In this document: positions 38,123-47,203 of the stretch, in pieces | Position numbering within the stretch: the stretch's first letter is position 1 | Layout: every line of letters begins with the position of its first letter | Source: a virus | Taxonomy: Duplodnaviria; Caudoviricetes | Direction: 5' to 3' (one strand) | IMG/VR virus record: IMGVR_UViG_3300032007_000001 | Length of the DNA stretch: 64,000 nt | The notes under the pieces: model-generated | Seen by the model: only the letters and a program-made list of their open reading frames with translations | Databases searched by the model: none | What the model was told of the DNA's origin: nothing | Made by a program: the position numbers and the translations under genes

Positions 38123-38400
38123 AGAATTATTATATTTGCAAAAAAAATTTTGAAGTGATGTTTTGCTATGGGTCGTTAACAAAGTGGTTCAAGGTGTACA
38201 TCAAAGATTTTTCCAATGACAATTTTGCAGTAGTGGAATTGAGTGACGAGAAGTACATGTTCGAAGACGCTGAGAATCATTATTTTGTATCGAGCATAGA
38301 TAAGAATACATTGACGATGAGGAAGTTCATTGAAGAAAATATGGAAAAAATGTTTGACGAATACCAATGCAAACGATTGAAGTATATATATGGCTTGTAG
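38119..38400 (+). CDS. small Gly-X-terminal family protein
   Basis: ends IYGL. Confidence 0.7.
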   Translation: MKNYYICKKNFEVMFCYGSLTKWFKVYIKDFSNDNFAVVELSDEKYMFEDAENHYFVSSIDKNTLTMRKFIEENMEKMFDEYQCKRLKYIYGL

Positions 38401-38409
38401 GAGAATGTA

Positions 38410-38685
38410 ATGAATTTGAGAAAATATATTAAAACGAAATATAGCATACGCTTAAAGGACTTTTATAATCGTCATAGTCTTGTATTTGAGATTCATTACT
38501 CGAATACTTGGTGGTATTTTGAGCCTAAGAATATGGAAATGTTTGACAAAGATGATTTTGATACGAATACATTTGTAAGTGGATATATTAAGTTGCTTGA
38601 AGATTGTGACATATATGAAGATATAGTGAAAAGTATAAAAACATTTTATCCATTGTGGAGATATGTAAAGAGGATAGGGTTATGA
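38410..38685 (+). CDS. Gly-X-terminal family, FYPL subfamily
   Basis: ends FYPLWRYVKRIGL. Confidence 0.72.
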   Translation: MNLRKYIKTKYSIRLKDFYNRHSLVFEIHYSNTWWYFEPKNMEMFDKDDFDTNTFVSGYIKLLEDCDIYEDIVKSIKTFYPLWRYVKRIGL

Positions 38686-38960
38686 CAATCAAAGAATACA
38701 AGTGTAAAGCATTTACACTGAAGCTATGTGATTTTGATAGGGATAGAGAGATATACTTTAGATTGTCAGTGGAATGTGGTGGAAAGTGGAAAACCGACTA
38801 TATATTCGATACGCATAATTTCGGGATAGATAGGCTAGACAAGAAAAGATTTTTGAAGGCGATAGAGAAGCATAATATCAATCTGAACATAAAGGAATTG
38901 ACAGAAGCTATATATGATTTCTATCCATTCAGCCAGTATATAAGGATAATCGGGCTATGA
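38682..38960 (+). CDS. Gly-X-terminal family, FYPL subfamily
   Basis: ends FYPFSQYIRIIGL; ATGA overlap. Confidence 0.72.
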   Translation: MTIKEYKCKAFTLKLCDFDRDREIYFRLSVECGGKWKTDYIFDTHNFGIDRLDKKRFLKAIEKHNINLNIKELTEAIYDFYPFSQYIRIIGL

Positions 38961-39238
38961 TTATGAAGAAGTACATCGATGAAGAATTTGTCTTGGAGCT
39001 ATGCGATTTCAGTAATGCTTATCGCATGGATAAGTTGGATACGTTTTTTCACGTATTTGACAAAGAATGTAATGGTAACTATATATTCGAAGCTCGTAAA
39101 TTTGGGGTCAAAGAATTTGATGAAAAAAAATTCTTGGAAGTCATGAGAAAAAAAGATATGAAAATGGATATACATAAATTGATAGAAGTGATGAAGACTT
39201 TTTATCCATTGAATTATGTCAGGAGCATGGGATTATGA
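38957..39238 (+). CDS. Gly-X-terminal family, FYPL subfamily
   Basis: ends FYPLNYVRSMGL. Confidence 0.72.
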   Translation: MIMKKYIDEEFVLELCDFSNAYRMDKLDTFFHVFDKECNGNYIFEARKFGVKEFDEKKFLEVMRKKDMKMDIHKLIEVMKTFYPLNYVRSMGL

Positions 39239-39516
39239 TAATTAAAGATTATTACGGAGAAAAATATTCTTTATGGTTATGCGATTTTGATATAAATAAA
39301 GAGATGTTTTTTCGTTTGTCTGTATATCCTAATGAAAATGGATGGGCAAAGCATTATATATTTGAGACTCGAAATTTAGGAATTAATAAATTAGATAGGG
39401 GAAAATTTAAGAAAACTATTGAAAAATATAATATTAAATTGGATGCAATTGAATTGATGAATATAATTGAAAAATTTTATCCATTCAATCAATATATAAA
39501 TGTGGTTGGGTTATGA
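39235..39516 (+). CDS. Gly-X-terminal family, FYPL subfamily
   Basis: ends FYPFNQYINVVGL. Confidence 0.72.
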   Translation: MIIKDYYGEKYSLWLCDFDINKEMFFRLSVYPNENGWAKHYIFETRNLGINKLDRGKFKKTIEKYNIKLDAIELMNIIEKFYPFNQYINVVGL

Positions 39517-39848
39517 ACTTAAAAGCATATATTTCGGAGAATAGAAAAACATATGAATATTTTTGGTTTGCTGGTGAAAAAAATGGATATGATATATATG
39601 TAACGATAACAATATCGAAAGATTTGAATACCAATATAAACGTTGATATATATAAGAATATTGAAGATTTTTGTTGTAAATTGAGAAGCATTAAAGAAGA
39701 TTTGTTTATGACTTATTCAAATATTTTTGATGATTTTATAACTAACCGGGAATATAGCTTAGAAAACGTAAAATATGAAGATGTTATATCTTTTGAGATA
39801 TTCATAAATGACTGCATAGAAAAATTAAGCATGTATTATGGATTATAA
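39513..39848 (+). CDS. small Gly-X-terminal family protein
   Basis: ends KLSMYYGL. Confidence 0.7.
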   Translation: MNLKAYISENRKTYEYFWFAGEKNGYDIYVTITISKDLNTNINVDIYKNIEDFCCKLRSIKEDLFMTYSNIFDDFITNREYSLENVKYEDVISFEIFINDCIEKLSMYYGL

Positions 39849-39885
39849 AAAAGAGGCTGATGCCTCTTTTTTATTTGAAAATATT

Positions 39886-40191
39886 TTAATCATTATATAT
39901 GATGACTTTGTAGTTTTTCAATTGAGGGTTTTCTTCTATCGTCTTTTGTGTTGGTACAAATTCATCATATAGGAATTCATTTTCGTTATTAACGATATGG
40001 TTGACGTATTTCCATTCTGTAGTGATATTTGTCCTGTCCGAAGTAATTGAAATAGTATGTGAAGCGTTTGGAATGTAGTCGCTGTCGTTTTCTACTAATG
40101 AATATTCACTGGTAAGTAGTTGTTTTGCTTTGTCAACGTTGAAGATAGAAGAAGATATGCCAGCTGTTCTGATTAAATGTTTTGTTCTCAT
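39886..40191 (-). CDS. KHLIRTA-leader protein
   Basis: MRTKHLIRTA leader. Confidence 0.68.
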   Translation of the reverse strand: MRTKHLIRTAGISSSIFNVDKAKQLLTSEYSLVENDSDYIPNASHTISITSDRTNITTEWKYVNHIVNNENEFLYDEFVPTQKTIEENPQLKNYKVIIYND

Positions 40192-40215
40192 TATTGCACC
40201 TACTTTTGTAAGTAT

Positions 40216-40974
40216 TTACTTAAAAATGTTCGTTGATTTATTGTTGTCTATATATTGAAAAGCTGGTCTAAAACAAATTGTATTATTAAATGTAAAATCA
40301 ACGTAATATTGATAAGCTGAATTATAGTTATATACTTTCCCGTTATATGAAGTTATTGTATCATTTTTAGAAAATGTTTTTATTGAATTCATATATTGAA
40401 TAAAATAATGATTTGAATATTTTTTCCCCCAATTTGTCATTTCAGAAGTATTTCTTCCGTTATAATGAGCTATAATCATTCTCAAATCTAAAGAGCAAAA
40501 CGTCGTACAAGTGTTAGTTGTTGTGCTTTCTGTAAGTTCGAAAAATGTATTCATATTAAAATTAGAACGTTTATTATTCCATGTATTTGTTTTGAAATAT
40601 AATTTGTTTTTATATTTATCCAGATCGATATTTTTTGTTTTTAATGCAGCAAATACATAATCTACCAATTCCGATTCAACGCCAGCTGCGTTTATATATA
40701 AATGTTGGAGCTGCATAAGACAACTGTCTTTTCCTTGACAAAAATGAAATATATTCTCAGAACGTTTTGTAACGGAATCATCAAAATTACTGTTTATTAT
40801 ATATTTTTCATATTCATTATTGCTTAAGATTCTAATGATAGCTAAACTGTCATTAGAAATATCGTTTTCTTCGTTTATTCTTAAAACATTTGTTAATTCT
40901 TCATTTGGTTTGATATATTCTATTAATTGATTATATTGTTCTTGAGTAAGATTTAATGTTGGCATATATCTCAC
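40216..40974 (-). CDS. FRPVFQY family variable protein
   Basis: IRILSNNEYEKYI..FHF..FRPAFQYIDNNKSTNIFK. Confidence 0.8.
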   Translation of the reverse strand: MRYMPTLNLTQEQYNQLIEYIKPNEELTNVLRINEENDISNDSLAIIRILSNNEYEKYIINSNFDDSVTKRSENIFHFCQGKDSCLMQLQHLYINAAGVESELVDYVFAALKTKNIDLDKYKNKLYFKTNTWNNKRSNFNMNTFFELTESTTTNTCTTFCSLDLRMIIAHYNGRNTSEMTNWGKKYSNHYFIQYMNSIKTFSKNDTITSYNGKVYNYNSAYQYYVDFTFNNTICFRPAFQYIDNNKSTNIFK

Positions 40975-41543
40975 CTATAGATATTTTCTGATTTGTTGTT
41001 GTCCATATAATTGAAGACTGGACGAAATCCTATGTTTATATTAAAAGTAAACGTTACTTGTCCGACATCAGAAGACCATACAACAGAATCGTTAATGTTT
41101 GTTTTTGCTTTTAATGAATTTGGAATATAATGTTTTTCAGTGCGCCAAGAAGCACTGTTTGCTTGATATTTCCAATCGAGAAACCAGCTTTTGCATCTTG
41201 GCATAAAATTTTGTTTTTCATTATTTTGAGTTAACATTATAATGTCATTTGTAGTAGAAGAATGATAAAAAACAGAATCTCGTAACACTGTAATGTTTTT
41301 ATTTCCTACAGTATCATTCCATACGTTTTTACTGTTTTTTGTAATTGACCCATTGCAATCTCCATTTTCTAAATATTTACTACTTTCCGCTAAAGACAAA
41401 ATTCTAATTAAAATAGTATCGGAATTTATATGTTTATTGTTTTGATTTTGTATGATTATATTTTTTAGTTGTTCTAATTCTTCTGATGTATAATTACTTG
41501 CTAAGTCATTATACGTATTTAACATTTTTTCATATGTAGACAT
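40971..41543 (-). CDS. FRPVFQY family variable protein
   Basis: IRILS..NGSIT..NVWN..GFRPVFNYMDNNKSENIY. Confidence 0.8.
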   Translation of the reverse strand: MSTYEKMLNTYNDLASNYTSEELEQLKNIIIQNQNNKHINSDTILIRILSLAESSKYLENGDCNGSITKNSKNVWNDTVGNKNITVLRDSVFYHSSTTNDIIMLTQNNEKQNFMPRCKSWFLDWKYQANSASWRTEKHYIPNSLKAKTNINDSVVWSSDVGQVTFTFNINIGFRPVFNYMDNNKSENIYR

Positions 41544-41560
41544 TTATATCACCTATTAAA

Positions 41561-41887
41561 TTAATATCCATATATTTTTATAAGATTTTCGAATAAGAAA
41601 TAATCTACATAGTTGGTTATTTCTTTTTTTAGCATGAGATATATGAAAGTATATTCTCTTTGTGAGAAGTGTAAATGACTTTTATTTTCAAATGTTGTGA
41701 TTACTAATTCCGGTGTATATTTTTTTAAGAGTTTTTGTTTTTGATGAAAATATGAAGTTGTAAATAATTGATATTTTAAGTGTACAGAAGAACACTTTAC
41801 ATTATTAATGTAAAGGTATAATTTAAGCGTTGATTTGGTGTAAATTGATTTGATAGTGTAATCTGTGGCAGTGTAAATATAGTTCAT
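41561..41887 (-). CDS. small Gly-X-terminal family protein
   Basis: ends IYGY. Confidence 0.7.
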   Translation of the reverse strand: MNYIYTATDYTIKSIYTKSTLKLYLYINNVKCSSVHLKYQLFTTSYFHQKQKLLKKYTPELVITTFENKSHLHFSQREYTFIYLMLKKEITNYVDYFLFENLIKIYGY

Positions 41888-41927
41888 GATATATCCTTAA
41901 AAGAAAAAGAAACTATGTAAGTTTCTT

Positions 41928-42671
41928 TTATTTGAAAATATTAATTGATTTGTTGTTGTCCATATATTGAAAAACCGGTCTGAAACAAGAATAATATGAA
42001 AAATATACTTGTACTCTGTGAGTGTTGCTATTGTGAGTTCCGACTGTTTCATATACATTTGAATTGTAGTAAGTATTTGATTTTGCTGTATAATTGGCAT
42101 TGGCGAGATTCATATACGAATAAAATGTTTTCCCCCAGTTCGATGAAAAATCATATGTACTTAAAAAACCTATCCAAAATTTTAGAGTTGGATAATTAAA
42201 TTTTAAGTCAAATGAATTATTTGTATTATTTTGGCATATATTGCAATATGTTGGTACATATGTTGTATAATAATATAAATAATATCTTCCACTTGGAGTT
42301 GAACTTGATACTGGAATTATATGTACTAAACTTAAATATTTATTTTCTACAACACTAGAAAAAAGTCTATTGATTTGGTTTGTTGGTATATTTTGTCCAT
42401 ATGATTGTCCTATATAAAATTTTTCTTGTATTATTACATTGTGCCAAACATTATCATCATTTGCGTTTATAGACCCATCTAACGTTTCATTTTTTATATA
42501 CTTAAAAAGTTCTTCTTCTGATAATACTCTAATTGAAAATTTATTGCTTAAATTGATATTTTCGTTAACTTCTTGAAGTAATGATGTAATGTCGTTTTTT
42601 GTTTCAGATGAAAGTTCTGACATTAATTTATTATATAATTCATTTGTTATTGGAGATTTTAATTGATACAT
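41928..42671 (-). CDS. FRPVFQY family variable protein
   Basis: IRVLSEEE..LDGSI..NVWHN..FRPVFQYMDNNKSINIFK. Confidence 0.8.
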   Translation of the reverse strand: MYQLKSPITNELYNKLMSELSSETKNDITSLLQEVNENINLSNKFSIRVLSEEELFKYIKNETLDGSINANDDNVWHNVIIQEKFYIGQSYGQNIPTNQINRLFSSVVENKYLSLVHIIPVSSSTPSGRYYLYYYTTYVPTYCNICQNNTNNSFDLKFNYPTLKFWIGFLSTYDFSSNWGKTFYSYMNLANANYTAKSNTYYNSNVYETVGTHNSNTHRVQVYFSYYSCFRPVFQYMDNNKSINIFK

Positions 42672-42730
42672 AATGTCACCCTTAATTTTATTTATTTATA
42701 AATAAATAAAACTATATTTGGGTGATATAA

Positions 42731-43399
42731 ATGAATGTAAATGAGAAATATAATGCGTTAATGAATGCTAAATCTGCAGAAGAAATGTGGCAGCTAAGAG
42801 AAAGTTTTTTAGAAAACAATAATGAAAATATCCTCGATAAGAATTTAATTAGTATTAGAATATTAAGCAATAATGAATATAATGATTTTATAGTAAGTGG
42901 AACATGCAATGGTTCTATTACAACGAATAATAACAACGTGTGGCATAATTCTATTAATCAAAACTATAAATTATCAAATGACCCAAACTCTGCAAATTCT
43001 TCAGACTCGCCAGGATATACGTCAAATGGGATAACGTATGTTGGACAGTATGGAATGAATGATGGTTCTTATAGATTATATAGAACGAGCGTTAATGGAA
43101 TATTTGAATTGCTTCAAAATAATACAAATAACTTATTTACAGTATTAGCTAATACCTCTTTGTCTGTTACTTGGTTTTCAAAAACAGGATATTCATGGGT
43201 ATATGGGTCATTCACCGATTCTTTAGAAAACAAATACAGCATTAATAAAACTAGCAATAGTGTTAAAATAAAAACAATGAATTTAGGATATACAAGCGGC
43301 CGTGGCAGTTCTATAGAAGCTATATGCTACGTTGTTTCTTCTTTTCGTCCTGCTTTTCAATATGTTGATAATAATAAATCTATAAATCTTTTTTCTTGA
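42731..43399 (+). CDS. FRPVFQY family variable protein
   Basis: IRILSNNEY..NGSIT..NVWHN..FRPAFQYVDNNKSINLFS. Confidence 0.8.
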   Translation: MNVNEKYNALMNAKSAEEMWQLRESFLENNNENILDKNLISIRILSNNEYNDFIVSGTCNGSITTNNNNVWHNSINQNYKLSNDPNSANSSDSPGYTSNGITYVGQYGMNDGSYRLYRTSVNGIFELLQNNTNNLFTVLANTSLSVTWFSKTGYSWVYGSFTDSLENKYSINKTSNSVKIKTMNLGYTSGRGSSIEAICYVVSSFRPAFQYVDNNKSINLFS

Positions 43400-43410
43400 G
43401 GTAAAATGAT

Positions 43411-44064
43411 ATGATGATAGATGAAAAATATAATTCTCTGTATAATGCAATAATAAATGCTAAATCGGCTGAAGAATTATGGCAATTAAGAGAAACATTA
43501 AAAGAAAATAATGATATTATTGATAGTTCAGATAAAATGTGTATCAGATGTTTTTCATATAATGAATATGAAAAACACTTAATGAATAGTTCATTAGATG
43601 GGTCAATCAATATTAAGGATGAAAATGTATTCCATTTTTGCGATACAAAAGGTGCATCTGGTCTTTTATATTATTATTCCAGTGAAGCTACTGCATACGA
43701 TAGTCGATTATATAATAATCCGAATATTGACAAAAGGTATGTGTCAGGCAACAGATATTTTGGTCACGTTGTGTTTATATATGAATTAATTTCTAATAAT
43801 ACAAATAATAATTGTATGTTAAGAAAAACAATGAAGTCTGTTTTAGATATTTTTTATGCTCATAGTGGAAGCCTTAAATATGGCAGAACAGATTTTGAAA
43901 TTTCTCGTGATGATAACAAAAAATCAACTGGATATCTTAATCAAAGAACACCCGCAATAAATGGGTTGGTAGAAGAAATTCGTTATACATATGATATATT
44001 ATTTTGTTTTAGACCAGTTTTTCAATATGTTGATAACAATAAGTCTACAAACATGTTTTCTTAA
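43411..44064 (+). CDS. FRPVFQY family variable protein
   Basis: N-term like 42731, interior like 29109; FRPVFQYVDNNKSTNMFS. Confidence 0.8.
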   Translation: MMIDEKYNSLYNAIINAKSAEELWQLRETLKENNDIIDSSDKMCIRCFSYNEYEKHLMNSSLDGSINIKDENVFHFCDTKGASGLLYYYSSEATAYDSRLYNNPNIDKRYVSGNRYFGHVVFIYELISNNTNNNCMLRKTMKSVLDIFYAHSGSLKYGRTDFEISRDDNKKSTGYLNQRTPAINGLVEEIRYTYDILFCFRPVFQYVDNNKSTNMFS

Positions 44065-44067
44065 AAA

Positions 44068-44346
44068 TTATAATCCACGTTCTTTTATAAAAGAAAGAAA
44101 CGTGGATTTTTTTATATGTGGGAGTAAGTCATAGATTTTTTTTTGAAATTCTCTTTCTATGGTTTGCGTTGGAGCAACTAGAGAACTTAAAGAAACATTA
44201 TATTGGATGAAATCTAAATAAGAATCATTTTTGTCGCATATAAAAATTTTCAAAATTGGAGCAGAAAAAATGATAGGGAAATTAAAAGAGTCAATATCAA
44301 TTTCAGTTTCATATAAATCCATTTCATCGTAAGTTAAATCTGTCAT
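44068..44346 (-). CDS. small Gly-X-terminal family protein
   Basis: ends ERGL. Confidence 0.7.
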   Translation of the reverse strand: MTDLTYDEMDLYETEIDIDSFNFPIIFSAPILKIFICDKNDSYLDFIQYNVSLSSLVAPTQTIEREFQKKIYDLLPHIKKSTFLSFIKERGL

Positions 44347-44597
44347 AGTCCATAATTCCTTATGTATTTTGAAATTGCTTTACGAAAGAAATAAGGTAAG
44401 AAATTTGAGCATTGCGTTTGAGTAACATTGCATTCATATAAATCATATTTGGGTTTACCAGCCAAACACGAATCAACGAATATATGATTTTCATCATATA
44501 CTGTAACTTTTATAATGAAATGTTCTGAAAAAATAATGTCTATGATTTCATGCAATGTATATAATTTGAATTTTACAAAATTTGGTTCTGAAATCAT
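44343..44597 (-). CDS. Gly-X-terminal family, LPYF subfamily
   Basis: FLPYF..NYGL. Confidence 0.7.
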   Translation of the reverse strand: MISEPNFVKFKLYTLHEIIDIIFSEHFIIKVTVYDENHIFVDSCLAGKPKYDLYECNVTQTQCSNFLPYFFRKAISKYIRNYGL

Positions 44598-44599
44598 TT

Positions 44600-44884
44600 T
44601 TATAAACCATTTCGTTTTGTAAAAGATTCTTTGGAAAAATCAATAATATCCTTTAAGTAATATTTAACAACATTTCTTTCGCAATTTTTAAGAAAATTGT
44701 TAGAAATACGATTTTCCTTAATGTAGTAAAATACATTGCCTTTGTAATATCCATTGGCGTTATGTATTAAGATTTCCATGACATCATGGAACCAAAATGT
44801 AGTAACGTATTCGTTTGTTTTTGTGGTTGTTTCTGTTCTTATTACGTCTGCATTGAGATAAGAAACCTTTTTTGTTTTTATCAT
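44600..44884 (-). CDS. small Gly-X-terminal family protein
   Basis: ends RNGL. Confidence 0.7.
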   Translation of the reverse strand: MIKTKKVSYLNADVIRTETTTKTNEYVTTFWFHDVMEILIHNANGYYKGNVFYYIKENRISNNFLKNCERNVVKYYLKDIIDFSKESFTKRNGL

Positions 44885-45159
44885 AGTCCATGCTCCAATG
44901 AATATATTTTTTTAGATTTATTTATGAAGTAAGGAAGAAAATTAATGAATTCCGAATCGGACATACAATCAAGATGCGTTCTTTCTTTTTCTCTACAATT
45001 ATATTGTAGAGTAATGATTTTTTTCTTGTTTTTCGATACGTAAATTCTTATTAAATCAAAACAAGAAAAAAATACATCAAAATTGTAAACGATTGAACCG
45101 CACATTGCGTTTGTTTTGAAATTGATATATTCATTTTTTAGTACTGTTTGTGTTCTCAT
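44881..45159 (-). CDS. Gly-X-terminal family, LPYF subfamily
   Basis: FLPYF..EHGL. Confidence 0.7.
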   Translation of the reverse strand: MRTQTVLKNEYINFKTNAMCGSIVYNFDVFFSCFDLIRIYVSKNKKKIITLQYNCREKERTHLDCMSDSEFINFLPYFINKSKKIYSLEHGL

Positions 45160-45410
45160 AATCCATTCTCTTTTAAGTACGCATTTTTTGATTTTTTAAT
45201 GAAATTACTCATTTGTTTTTTAATATAATTATGATATTGTAAGTTTTGCATTCTTTTAAGTTCTTTGTTTTTTATATCATAAACGCAACTGGCATATTCA
45301 TTGTATATGTTATTCATATCTATAGAAATAACATTAATGAATGAAAATGTAACGCGTATATTCCAATTGCCATCATTTATTTTGATACGAGAAAAATTGA
45401 TTGTCTTCAT
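45156..45410 (-). CDS. small Gly-X-terminal family protein
   Basis: ends ENGL. Confidence 0.7.
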   Translation of the reverse strand: MKTINFSRIKINDGNWNIRVTFSFINVISIDMNNIYNEYASCVYDIKNKELKRMQNLQYHNYIKKQMSNFIKKSKNAYLKENGL

Positions 45411-45637
45411 AATCCATGTTCCTTTATATATATCGGAATGATTTTTTTCATGAAATAAGGTAAGAATGCTTCATAATTTTCACCGCAACGAGTTATTTCT
45501 TGTGTTATCATATGATATCTCATTCCATAGCAATAAGCGTATTGATTAAAAAGGTTGATATGAATTTTTTCATCGAACATCATCATTCTGATTTTGTAGT
45601 ATAACGTATTTATTTCGCATTCCGAAAATGTTTTCAT
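45407..45637 (-). CDS. Gly-X-terminal family, LPYF subfamily
   Basis: FLPYF..EHGL. Confidence 0.7.
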   Translation of the reverse strand: MKTFSECEINTLYYKIRMMMFDEKIHINLFNQYAYCYGMRYHMITQEITRCGENYEAFLPYFMKKIIPIYIKEHGL

Positions 45638-45915
45638 AGACCATATACCTTTGCGTATTTTAATGATGATTTTTTTATGAAGTATGGCATAAAATCAGCG
45701 AAATATTTTTCTTCGTCTGTAGAGATTTCGCTTATAAATCCAGATAGTTTGTCTTGCAACGGAATAAAATAAATGATGTTTCCAACATTTCTGTCTTCAA
45801 TTGTGTTTTTGTTTTCATCAGTGATACGTACGTCAATAGTGTTATCAAAATGCCAACATAATGATAACTTATAATGATTTGTATAGATGACTGTTGTTGA
45901 ATAATCAATATCCAT
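45634..45915 (-). CDS. Gly-X-terminal family, LPYF subfamily
   Basis: FMPYF..VYGL. Confidence 0.7.
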   Translation of the reverse strand: MDIDYSTTVIYTNHYKLSLCWHFDNTIDVRITDENKNTIEDRNVGNIIYFIPLQDKLSGFISEISTDEEKYFADFMPYFIKKSSLKYAKVYGL

Positions 45916-46276
45916 ACTTATTTATCCATTCTTCTTTCAAATCAGTAATATATATTGATAAATCGATTGGTTTTTCTTTTGGTGGTGGAGAACAAAAATG
46001 ATTTTGTAGATTGGAATATATAGCACATGTTGGTTTGTCTGTCCATAATTTTTTATACGAAATCATATAAGTCAATGAATAAAAGAATTGAATATATGTT
46101 AAGGTCATAATGATTTTTTCTATATATATATTCGGTTCTTTTAATTTTATTGACAATTCATCTATGTGTTGGTCAAAATGTTTTAATGATGAATTCAATG
46201 AAAAAAGTTCTGCTTTTAACGCGAATTTCTTGCAGCTGTGTTTCGTTTGCATAATGAAAATCGAACTCCTTTCCAT
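45905..46276 (-). CDS. small Gly-X-terminal family protein
   Basis: ends KYGY. Confidence 0.68.
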   Translation of the reverse strand: MERSSIFIMQTKHSCKKFALKAELFSLNSSLKHFDQHIDELSIKLKEPNIYIEKIIMTLTYIQFFYSLTYMISYKKLWTDKPTCAIYSNLQNHFCSPPPKEKPIDLSIYITDLKEEWINKYGY

Positions 46277-46325
46277 GATATTCTACCATAGAACATAAAT
46301 AAAGTACATTAATTTTTATAAATTT

Positions 46326-46838
46326 ATGGTAGGAGGAATGTCTATGAGAGAATTGTCTGTGGTGAGAGAAGCTAGAAATTCTCATCCTTTCATTAATATA
46401 TGCTTCAATAAATTATTCAGGAAATACATTTTTCTTTCTTTTTCTGATTATAAGACACAGGTTTTGATATTTTCTGGAGATAGGATAAAAGTAAGAATAG
46501 AATTTTCACAAAAGACAATGTTAGCGAAAATCAAATTTTATATATCTGGAGATTTTGGCATTATGCAAAAAACTTATATGTTTGAAGTTGTTATAATGGA
46601 TGATATTGTGAAATGTATATCAATCAATAAAGAAAAAAAAGGAATTGTACAAAGTAAGATAAATAATAATTTATATAAAGAAATGATGAAATGGAAGAAA
46701 AAAGATTGTTTGATAAAAGATTTATATTGGGGATTAGGTGTGATAGAAAATCAAATCATTTATTGTTCAGATATTATTATAAAAGTTAAGAAAAGTATAG
46801 ATGCTTATAAAAATGATTTTTATAAAAAAGGATTTTAA
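46326..46838 (+). CDS. Gly-X-terminal family protein
   Basis: ends KKGF; AGGAGG RBS near 46331. Confidence 0.7.
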   Translation: MVGGMSMRELSVVREARNSHPFINICFNKLFRKYIFLSFSDYKTQVLIFSGDRIKVRIEFSQKTMLAKIKFYISGDFGIMQKTYMFEVVIMDDIVKCISINKEKKGIVQSKINNNLYKEMMKWKKKDCLIKDLYWGLGVIENQIIYCSDIIIKVKKSIDAYKNDFYKKGF

Positions 46839-46841
46839 CTA

Positions 46842-46870
46842 TTTACATATTTTTGATTTTGTGGTATAAT
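46842..46870 (+). promoter_or_regulatory. early-type promoter
   Basis: TTTACA-N17-TATAAT, TG extension. Confidence 0.7.
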
Positions 46871-46891
46871 CCATTGCGGAGGGCAAAGAAA

Positions 46892-47203
46892 ATGACTGCA
46901 TTCAAAGATATGGTAATGAAAGATACAGCTAAATATGCTAAAAAAATTGTTTTTAACGAATACGCTATGTACTTAAATGCGCGTTATGCATTAGGTCATG
47001 GCGTTTTTTTGCTGAATGTGACAAAGAATGAAAAATTATATGTATCGTTTTCAAATGAATATAAAATGAATGAGCGATTGAAAGCTTTGAAACAAAACAA
47101 TGAAAGAAAAATAAGCGACGAAGCGTTTGAAGTTTTGAAAAAAGAATATAAGATATTTGCAAGAGAATGTGAAGCAAACTTTCTGTCAAGGAGTGGATTT
47201 TGA
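46892..47203 (+). CDS. small Gly-X-terminal family protein
   Basis: GGAGG RBS; ends RSGF. Confidence 0.7.
   Translation: MTAFKDMVMKDTAKYAKKIVFNEYAMYLNARYALGHGVFLLNVTKNEKLYVSFSNEYKMNERLKALKQNNERKISDEAFEVLKKEYKIFARECEANFLSRSGF

Noticed and set aside
37590-39848. Integron-like cassette array with GGATTATGA as att site
   Set aside because: No attC-like palindromes or intergenic space, codons at the junction vary synonymously, and no integrase is in the window.
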